Positions 57,475-64,000 of a stretch of 64,000 bases of DNA are shown in pieces; positions within the stretch are counted from its first letter, which is position 1; each line of letters opens with the position of its first letter. The stretch lies in the IMG/VR virus record IMGVR_UViG_3300037296_000220, positions 38,535-102,534 of that record. One strand, 5' to 3'. Source of the DNA: a virus. A program made the translations under genes and the position numbers. The notes under the pieces were generated by a model. The model was not told where the DNA came from, made no database searches, and saw only the letters and a list, made by a program, of their open reading frames with translations.

Positions 57475-59070
57475 TCAGTTTTTCTGGTCAGCTTCCCGAC
57501 CCTTGGTTTTAGACTGCTTATCGCCAGAACTTTCGCGATTGCGCTTGGCCTCTTCGAGAACCCGGGATTTCTGATCCGGGCTGCCTTCCGTCAGAGCTGC
57601 GGCCGCCTCTTTGGCTTCTTTCACGGCGGCGGTAATCCCCTTCTCCATTTCACTGCGCAACTTTTTGCCCAGGCTTGGCCAGAGCTTGTCAACGACAGAC
57701 ATGGATTGGCGGGTCATCACCTCTTCAGGCATGGCCATGAGGCTCAGTCGCATCGATACATCGAACTCGTCCCACAGGTCGCGGGTTGAGAACTCATGCG
57801 GGTACTTGACAATGTCAGTCCGGGTCGCCCAGTCGGTGTCGCCCGAATACAGGCAGACCACGTTGGCGATTCGGTTTTCCAGGGTTTCCAGGGCATCCGC
57901 CCGGCTGCTCAGCAACGCGGTGACGCGCTCAAAGTCTTTGGACTTGGCGGCGCCACTGGAGTTGTCGATACCCTTGGAGTTGTCCTGCTTGGTGCGCTCA
58001 CCTGCCAGGCCAACGGTGTGATAAATTTCATTGATGATCTTCTCGATCACCGACACGATCAGTGATGCCTGGCGCGGGTCAGGGCTCAGAAACTCAGGCT
58101 TGACACCCTTCTCTCCGTCGAACAGGAACAGGCGCTTGGTGCCAGCGTTCAGTAACGCTTCCTCTTCGGTAGAGCCTGGCAGGATGCCCTGAGCGGGCAT
58201 GGCCAGTTGCGAGAAGGTCTGGTCCTGAATGATCGCGTCCAGGTTGGACAGGTAGTTCGCAACGGCCCGATCAAGGTACGCAATGTCATTGATCAGCGAG
58301 GGTACGTTGTGGGGCTCGCGAGACAGGGTGTGATCTGCCCGAATGACCGGCACCACGCCCAGGTCGTGAGCACCCTGCTCTACCAACTCGACCTTGAGCT
58401 GACTGCGGGCCCGGGTGTTTATCGAGCTGTGATTGCCTTTTGTCAGCTCGATCAAAAACCACTCTGTGCGCGTCCAAAGCCGGTAGCGGTCCTTGATGAC
58501 GATCTCGGTCGCAAATGGGTCGGAGTCGTCACGATACTCTTCGTAAATCAGAATCCAGTTCAGATTGCCGTGTTCATCCCAGCTCATGTCCAGAACGCGA
58601 GTCGGCGGCACGACGTACATGTAAATACCGCCAGCGGCTTCCTCTTCGTCTTTCACGGACGCGTTCTCGGGCAGCTTTTTACTGTTGTCGATCACAACCC
58701 AGGGGCAACCAAACGTGGATGACTTGGTGCTGACGATCCGCATCATTTCAGTCATGTCGATGCCGCGGCTGTCGGTGCTTGACCAGAATTTCTGCAACGC
58801 TTGTGGGGCATCGTCAGCGCGAGTTGGGTGCTGAACGAATTGGTATTTGGTCACCAGGTCAACCACTTCACGGGTGTGGTTGAATCGATAAGCTCGATCT
58901 TTACGGTCACAAAACTCGCCATCACCCTCTTTGAAATACTTGTGCAAATGACGGTCGAAATAGGCACGACCACCCCGGTAGGAGTCCTCAAGGAACTCCC
59001 AGTGGGTTTTCATGGCTTCGTAAAGCGGATGTCTGCGCCGAACAATGGCGCTGAGCTGTTTAATATCCAT
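57475..59070 (-). CDS. Portal protein
   Basis: 531 aa after terL; HPLY, YRGG, LGVVP, SG.AK..D motifs. Confidence 0.88.
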   Translation of the reverse strand: MDIKQLSAIVRRRHPLYEAMKTHWEFLEDSYRGGRAYFDRHLHKYFKEGDGEFCDRKDRAYRFNHTREVVDLVTKYQFVQHPTRADDAPQALQKFWSSTDSRGIDMTEMMRIVSTKSSTFGCPWVVIDNSKKLPENASVKDEEEAAGGIYMYVVPPTRVLDMSWDEHGNLNWILIYEEYRDDSDPFATEIVIKDRYRLWTRTEWFLIELTKGNHSSINTRARSQLKVELVEQGAHDLGVVPVIRADHTLSREPHNVPSLINDIAYLDRAVANYLSNLDAIIQDQTFSQLAMPAQGILPGSTEEEALLNAGTKRLFLFDGEKGVKPEFLSPDPRQASLIVSVIEKIINEIYHTVGLAGERTKQDNSKGIDNSSGAAKSKDFERVTALLSSRADALETLENRIANVVCLYSGDTDWATRTDIVKYPHEFSTRDLWDEFDVSMRLSLMAMPEEVMTRQSMSVVDKLWPSLGKKLRSEMEKGITAAVKEAKEAAAALTEGSPDQKSRVLEEAKRNRESSGDKQSKTKGREADQKN

Positions 59071-59095
59071 AACGACCGTCTACTGGCAGATGGGC

Positions 59096-59125
59096 CGAAT
59101 ATACCACACTTAGTTGTTTGTTTGA
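59096..59125 (-). promoter_or_regulatory. Late-type promoter for the head operon
   Basis: Motif + TGG-TATATT; identical to 31675-31704. Confidence 0.7.
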
Positions 59126-59132
59126 AATCATT

Positions 59133-60365
59133 TTATAAGTTCCTACCCATGATTTTGATTTGCTTGGTCGGGAATCGGTATTGAACCGGGTAACCACACG
59201 CATCGGTGATGTGTTCAATGTTCATCTGCTTGTCGATGTCACCACTGCCCTGCTTGTACAGCGTCTGCTCCAGCGAAGCGATGAAATTCTTGCAGCTCGG
59301 ATCCACAAAGAAACGAACATCACCGGTCGCATCACGGAACATGCGGTTCATCGAGTTCACCCGGTCCTGCACCGGCGGGTGTTGCTTGTGATACAGGATC
59401 TTCTTGAACCCCTTGTCCCTGAAAATGTCCAGGGAGCTTTCGCCGCGGGCATGCTGTCGGGCGCCGCCGGCCGGGTCAGGGAAGATGATGATGTTCTGAC
59501 TCCAGCGCCAGTAGCGCCGCTCCAGCTCTTCGCACAGTTCGACCACGTTGGAGCTGCGCAGAAATATCTCGCTGACCGCGTGAAGCGTCTTGCCGTCGGC
59601 GGAGGGCTGCAGAATCACCGCGCTCATCGGATCGATGTTGAAGTCGACACCTACCCAAATCTCTTTGGATGGATCGAAGGCGCACGGCTTGACGTGGATG
59701 TTCCGATCGAACTCGTGGTACACCCGTCCGGACATGGTTTCAAACGACGCCTCAAATTCCTGACGGAAAGACTTCAGGTCCATATCCCGTTTGGCCATTT
59801 CGATTTCTGACTCGGGAATGAACGGCGAGGTGATGGTTGGGAACTGCCAGCTCTGCCAGACTCGGTTGTTCGGGTCTTGCCCAAGCTTGTGTACATCGTA
59901 GAGGTTCGCGTAACCCTTCGGCGTACCGATGATCATGGCGTTGCCGCGGTCTTTGGCCAAGGTTGGGCGCAGTACCTTCGTCCACACGTCGGGCTTCATG
60001 TCCTGAAACTCATCGAGCACGACGTAGTACAAGCCCACACCCCGCAAGGAGTCCGGGTCATCAGCGCCCTTCAGCTCGATCTTGGACTTGTTCTTGAGCA
60101 TCACCCACATTTCGGTGTGGTGAACCTTCTTGATCCACTGACGGGGAATGCTCTCGACCAGTTCGTCCCACATGATCTGCTTGGCCATGCGGTAGGACGG
60201 CGCCACATACCAGACCTTGCGCCGCGGGCCCCCGATCGCCTGCTGAATCAGTGTGAATCGAGCCAAAGCTGTCTTACCCCACCGACGACCCGCTGTGACG
60301 ACCTTGAATCGTGCGGGAAAGGCATGCACTTCAGCCTGTTTGGGGTGCAACAGCATTTCATGCAT
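59133..60365 (-). CDS. terL: Terminase large subunit
   Basis: AGRRWGKT, LRG, VLDE, GTPKG, GVDFN, HITDA. Confidence 0.95.
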   Translation of the reverse strand: MHEMLLHPKQAEVHAFPARFKVVTAGRRWGKTALARFTLIQQAIGGPRRKVWYVAPSYRMAKQIMWDELVESIPRQWIKKVHHTEMWVMLKNKSKIELKGADDPDSLRGVGLYYVVLDEFQDMKPDVWTKVLRPTLAKDRGNAMIIGTPKGYANLYDVHKLGQDPNNRVWQSWQFPTITSPFIPESEIEMAKRDMDLKSFRQEFEASFETMSGRVYHEFDRNIHVKPCAFDPSKEIWVGVDFNIDPMSAVILQPSADGKTLHAVSEIFLRSSNVVELCEELERRYWRWSQNIIIFPDPAGGARQHARGESSLDIFRDKGFKKILYHKQHPPVQDRVNSMNRMFRDATGDVRFFVDPSCKNFIASLEQTLYKQGSGDIDKQMNIEHITDACGYPVQYRFPTKQIKIMGRNL

Positions 60366-60499
60366 GGCGTAACTCGCTCGACGCTCTGTAAGCGTCTGTG
60401 AGACGTTTTCGGGTCAACCCCTCACACACAGACATGTTTGTGTGTTTTGAAGCGTCAGCGAGCGTACAGATGGGTTCGCGAGCGTGATTCGCATCAGAT

Positions 60500-61093
60500 T
60501 TACGACTGCTCAACGTCTGAACCCTCCCCTGTACCCTCGATCAGGGCCAATTCCGCTTCTTGCTGCTTTCGGATTTCCGCCACGTCGTCCTGGTTCATGA
60601 CGCGCATGAACATTTCCGGCAACACTTCGTTCGGGTCGGTGTCGTCTTTGCCAATACCCAGGATGGCTTCGGCTGTGCCGTAATTGTTCCCAAGCATCTT
60701 GCTGGCTTCGTGCAGAGTCTTCACATCATCCTTGATCATGCCGAACGGCTGTTGTTTTTGAGCGCACTGTCCGATCTCGAACATCACCCGCTTGTTCAGC
60801 AGCCGGATGGCCTTCAGCGTTTCCTCCTTGATGTCCACCGTCAGCTTGGCCAGCTCGTCCGCTTTCTGAGCTGTGGTGTTTTCAATCGACTGGCGGATCG
60901 CTTTCTCGCCTGCCTGAATGTCCTCACCCTTCTCGATCTTCTCTTTGGTGAAACGGCGATGCAGGTTATTCCGGGAGCAGCCGACTTGAGTCGCAATCGC
61001 ATCCAGGGTGTAACGTCCTGAACGCCACATGGACTTAGCCTTCAACCACTCATCCGGGGTCAGACGTTTTGATGGGGTAGCGTTTTCGGTCAT
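60500..61093 (-). CDS. terS: Terminase small subunit (probable start MTENAT)
   Basis: N-terminal HTH then coiled coil; upstream of terL. Confidence 0.75.
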   Translation of the reverse strand: MTENATPSKRLTPDEWLKAKSMWRSGRYTLDAIATQVGCSRNNLHRRFTKEKIEKGEDIQAGEKAIRQSIENTTAQKADELAKLTVDIKEETLKAIRLLNKRVMFEIGQCAQKQQPFGMIKDDVKTLHEASKMLGNNYGTAEAILGIGKDDTDPNEVLPEMFMRVMNQDDVAEIRKQQEAELALIEGTGEGSDVEQS

Positions 61094-61206
61094 GGTAAAA
61101 ATTACTCCGGGCTCATCGAGCCTAAATCTGATTTTTGAATCCAATTTCACACCGGGGTTCTGTGCTCCGAATGTGATCAAATTTTATACATCTATGTTAC
61201 ATAGCG

Positions 61207-61300
61207 GACTCACAAAGTATTGTATTTAATAACTATGTTTTAATGTTTTTGATGTTTATAAATATGTGAGTCGCAGGTAGACCCCTAAAATCGACGTAGT
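61207..61300. repeat. AT-rich element with inverted-repeat ends, copy B
   Basis: GACTCACA - 50-bp AT core - TGTGAGTCGCAGG ... ATCGACGTAGT. Confidence 0.7.
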
Positions 61301-61360
61301 TGTGGATTTGCACCCCGGAAACGCAGTAACGACGCATACACACCTGCTACGCACTATGTC

Positions 61361-61726
61361 TCATAGAAGGGCATCCAGGCCTACAAATTCCTCCGACGAA
61401 AATAGGCTCTCAGGAGACTGACCCGGGACCAGTTCACTGTCTGTTTTTTGATCAGAATCCATCACCGGCCGAAACACCGACAGGCCAAATTTAGTGGGTT
61501 CCAACACCCGTCTTCGCTTCGCTCGACGACACTCATAAACGGTCTTGATGAAGCCCCGGGACTCCAGTACGTCGAGCGACACTTGCATTGGTCGCTTGTT
61601 CACGGTGTAGGGTACTCGCTCGATCAGTTGGTCAATGTCGAACCACTTCACGCAGCGGGCTTTTTCGTCGTACCAGCCCTGCACCAGCACGCCCATAATC
61701 TGGCGCTGCTTTTGGGTCAGTCTCAT
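61361..61726 (-). CDS. Winged-helix (MarR-like) regulator
   Basis: LTQKQRQI, LESRGFI, RRR..PTKFG wing. Confidence 0.72.
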   Translation of the reverse strand: MRLTQKQRQIMGVLVQGWYDEKARCVKWFDIDQLIERVPYTVNKRPMQVSLDVLESRGFIKTVYECRRAKRRRVLEPTKFGLSVFRPVMDSDQKTDSELVPGQSPESLFSSEEFVGLDALL

Positions 61727-62607
61727 AGTTCCTCCAGCTTCAACGGTTCAGTGGGCGACTGCAGGTCGAACGCACTGAGTGGCAGACGCACAGGGATGAC
61801 CTGACCAAGATCGGGGTTTTGCCAGATCCCATAGGCGGGACTGGAGAAGATCAGGGTTTGCAACTCTTTGATGATCCGCTTGTGCTTCCAGGAATTGACT
61901 TTGCCGTTACCCCGCCCCAGATTGCTCCCGGTCTTCTCCTTCGGGCTGTTTTTGTAGTAAAACCAGCACATGCGCTCCAGAGTCCGCTTTTGCAGCGCCG
62001 CCGGCAGAGCCTCGAACTCTTCGACCAGGGCCATGTAATCGGCTGGGTGGGCCTCGAACAGGCCGCGCATAAAGCGAAAGCCCTTGTCGTAGCTGCTGGC
62101 GTGGTTGAGTCGGCCATGGCTGAACCCGGCTTTGATGTCGAACGGGTTGAACTTGGACATCGATGACTGAATCTCGATCCACTTCTTGCCCTGCATCCGC
62201 ATTGCCAGGTTGACCATGCGATAGGAGACGCCCACGCCTCGATACATCGGGTCGGTCACGATGCGGGCAGCCCGGTTCATGTTGCGATTCAGCCAGCGAG
62301 CCCGTTGCACATTGGTGAAGTTGTTTTCGTCACCGCCCGGCTTGAGCTTCGGGAATATCTGATGCCGGGCCGCGAGCAGCAGTGACACTGAGCTGAACAC
62401 AACAATGCCGATCAAACGCCCCTCCTTGGTCACACAGCGCCAGTAGCGCGGAGCCAGGGGCAAGTTTTCGGCCTTGTAGTGGAACTCATGCAACTGATCC
62501 CAGTCTTCTTTGGTCCCAGGCTCGACGATCATGTCGTCAAGCGCTGAGAAACGGGCTCTGGGGCGCTCTGAGTAAACGATCTCGGTTGAGCAAGGGGATT
62601 CACTCAC
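61723..62607 (-). CDS. GNAT-fold acetyltransferase (Mom-like)
   Basis: FHY, ARIVTDPMYRGVGVS acetyl-CoA motif A, MSKFNPF..KAG. Confidence 0.8.
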   Translation of the reverse strand: MSESPCSTEIVYSERPRARFSALDDMIVEPGTKEDWDQLHEFHYKAENLPLAPRYWRCVTKEGRLIGIVVFSSVSLLLAARHQIFPKLKPGGDENNFTNVQRARWLNRNMNRAARIVTDPMYRGVGVSYRMVNLAMRMQGKKWIEIQSSMSKFNPFDIKAGFSHGRLNHASSYDKGFRFMRGLFEAHPADYMALVEEFEALPAALQKRTLERMCWFYYKNSPKEKTGSNLGRGNGKVNSWKHKRIIKELQTLIFSSPAYGIWQNPDLGQVIPVRLPLSAFDLQSPTEPLKLEEL

Positions 62608-62882
62608 TTGAACCCCCGCAAGCGCTCTATGGCGTCTTCAAGCACTTTGATGCTGGCGTCCGTATCCTGATGCCAGTCAAAGTAAGTGGTGTAGACGCCA
62701 CCAGTCTCGGTCGGGATGACGATGATGGCGTTGCGAATGTCCGCATTGTCTTCCACGTCCATCACCGCCAGGTAATCGGTCAGCGACCGCAGGCTCTCCG
62801 GGTGAGACTCGACTTTCGACTGCTCAGGTTCGCCAAGCTGAATCCGCTTGCGTGTGGCAAAATCAATGATGTCAGCCGCCAT
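62604..62882 (-). CDS. Small hypothetical protein
   Basis: 92-aa ORF coupled to both neighbours. Confidence 0.6.
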   Translation of the reverse strand: MAADIIDFATRKRIQLGEPEQSKVESHPESLRSLTDYLAVMDVEDNADIRNAIIVIPTETGGVYTTYFDWHQDTDASIKVLEDAIERLRGFK

Positions 62883-63510
62883 AGTTCACCTCCACGCGCG
62901 ACTTGTAGCGCTTGACCACCGTCACATCGGGGGCCAGTTCCTCGATCATGTCGCCGTGAGTGGTCGCCAGAAGCACCGTGACGCCGACCTTGCGCGCCAG
63001 CTTCTGCAGGTTGAAACAGAGCACCCGGGCGGTCTCCCGATCCAGGAAGGCGGTGAACTCATCCGCTGTCCAGACTTCGGCATCGCTGTTCATCAGCAGC
63101 GCAATCGCAAAGCGGTACCGCTGACCGTCAGACAGTTCGGACGGCTTACGAACAAAGAGGTGGGCATCGTTCAAGCCTGCTGCCGATAGAATCCGAATGG
63201 CGTCATCCGTGCTTTTGCCGACTTGCTCAACCAGGGGCTTGTCGCTGTATTCGACCGAATCCAGGTCAGCAACCTTCTTGCCGGCGGCGAGCATCTGAGC
63301 GCGCAGGTCTTTGAGCAGCAGAGACTTGCCCGAGCCGGATTCACCGGTGATGAACACAATGGCGCCATCGTCGACGGTCAGTTCCAGGTTGTCGTAGACA
63401 ACGAACTCTTTCTCGTCGAGACCAATACCGAAGGCTTCAGCGCACTCGATGACCCGGGGTGAGCGTTCTACCCGCGAGTTAAAGCGTTGTGAAACGGTGT
63501 ATGTAGGCAT
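62872..63510 (-). CDS. Stand-alone ABC-type ATPase
   Basis: GESGSGKS, LSDGQ, DEFTAFLD, TTH; no permease in the window. Confidence 0.9.
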   Translation of the reverse strand: MPTYTVSQRFNSRVERSPRVIECAEAFGIGLDEKEFVVYDNLELTVDDGAIVFITGESGSGKSLLLKDLRAQMLAAGKKVADLDSVEYSDKPLVEQVGKSTDDAIRILSAAGLNDAHLFVRKPSELSDGQRYRFAIALLMNSDAEVWTADEFTAFLDRETARVLCFNLQKLARKVGVTVLLATTHGDMIEELAPDVTVVKRYKSRVEVNYGG

Positions 63511-64000
63511 TCGCGTTGGTCTCCTTGGTCGATTTGGGTTTGGGTTTAGGCTTGCGTTTCGGTTTTGTATCAGAGGCGGGCTCTGGTACGGCAGCAGCTT
63601 CTTCAGCGGCGGCCATGTTCTCCAGAAAATGTCCCATCAGATCCGCCTTCAGTGGCTGCGGCTTCATGCCATAGAACTTTTTCTTGATTTCGCTGACCAG
63701 GTAGCTCTGGGCGTAGGTCATTGATTCGTGGTTGTCGGCCGTCACTCGCACGCCGACGCTGTCGAGCATGATGAAGGCGGCATGCAGGGCTTCGTGGTAG
63801 ATCACCTCTTCCTCGTACTCGCCCAGGACCATGACGAATATGGTGCCGCCGCTCACCAGAGGCAGCGCGTAAAAGGAGCCGCCAACGCCAGCCCACTCTT
63901 CCAACTCAGCGTTGGGCAGGTTCTTTTTGGGGGCGTTGACCAGCCACCACTCCAGGTCGACAACCTGCAGCGAGGCATTGAACGGTTTGAAGTCGATCCA
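63479..64000 (-). CDS. HExxH-motif protein, partial (frame open to the right edge)
   Basis: YHEALH...HE motif; no stop up to 64000. Confidence 0.6.
   Translation of the reverse strand, partial: WIDFKPFNASLQVVDLEWWLVNAPKKNLPNAELEEWAGVGGSFYALPLVSGGTIFVMVLGEYEEEVIYHEALHAAFIMLDSVGVRVTADNHESMTYAQSYLVSEIKKKFYGMKPQPLKADLMGHFLENMAAAEEAAAVPEPASDTKPKRKPKPKPKSTKETNANAYIHRFTTL

Noticed and set aside
7774-59124. Repeated motif as a CRISPR array or iterons
   Set aside because: Copies are dispersed singly kilobases apart, with no regular spacers and no cas genes
62872-63510. ABC transporter
   Set aside because: No permease or binding protein in the window; coupled to a GNAT instead

Overview
A 64-kb segment of a large temperate phage-plasmid whose gene content and order resemble the SSU5/pHCM2-like group. 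The host is probably a gammaproteobacterium (inferred from sigma70-type promoters, a LexA-like box and spanins). Almost all genes are on the minus strand. Left part (1-16 kb): T4-like recombination/replication genes (SbcC/SbcD, RecA, 5'-3' exonuclease, gp32-like SSB, UvsY-like mediator), a DnaE with a C-terminal UDG-like domain, and a CobS/CobT-like AAA+/vWA pair. Middle (16.3-30 kb): a divergent control region with an HTH regulator and parA/parB plus a palindromic parS candidate, then guanylate kinase, ligase, primase, DnaB, PhoH and a metallophosphoesterase. Right part (30-64 kb): lysis cassette, siphovirus tail, head-associated Ig/LamG/SGNH genes, capsid, scaffold, portal, terminases, and a GNAT + ABC-ATPase pair. 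No integrase, RepA, tRNA or CRISPR array was seen. Most notable signals: (1) a strand-polarised 17-bp intergenic motif in 14 copies that sits upstream of an extended -10 at four late genes but downstream of the -10 at several early genes; (2) two homologous AT-rich elements with inverted-repeat ends that bracket the virion module; (3) a shared C-terminal Y-x-x-[WY]-G-[IM]-[FW] tag on three otherwise unrelated proteins; (4) a LexA-like box nested in the parS inverted repeat. All protein calls come from motif recognition by eye; no database searches were run.
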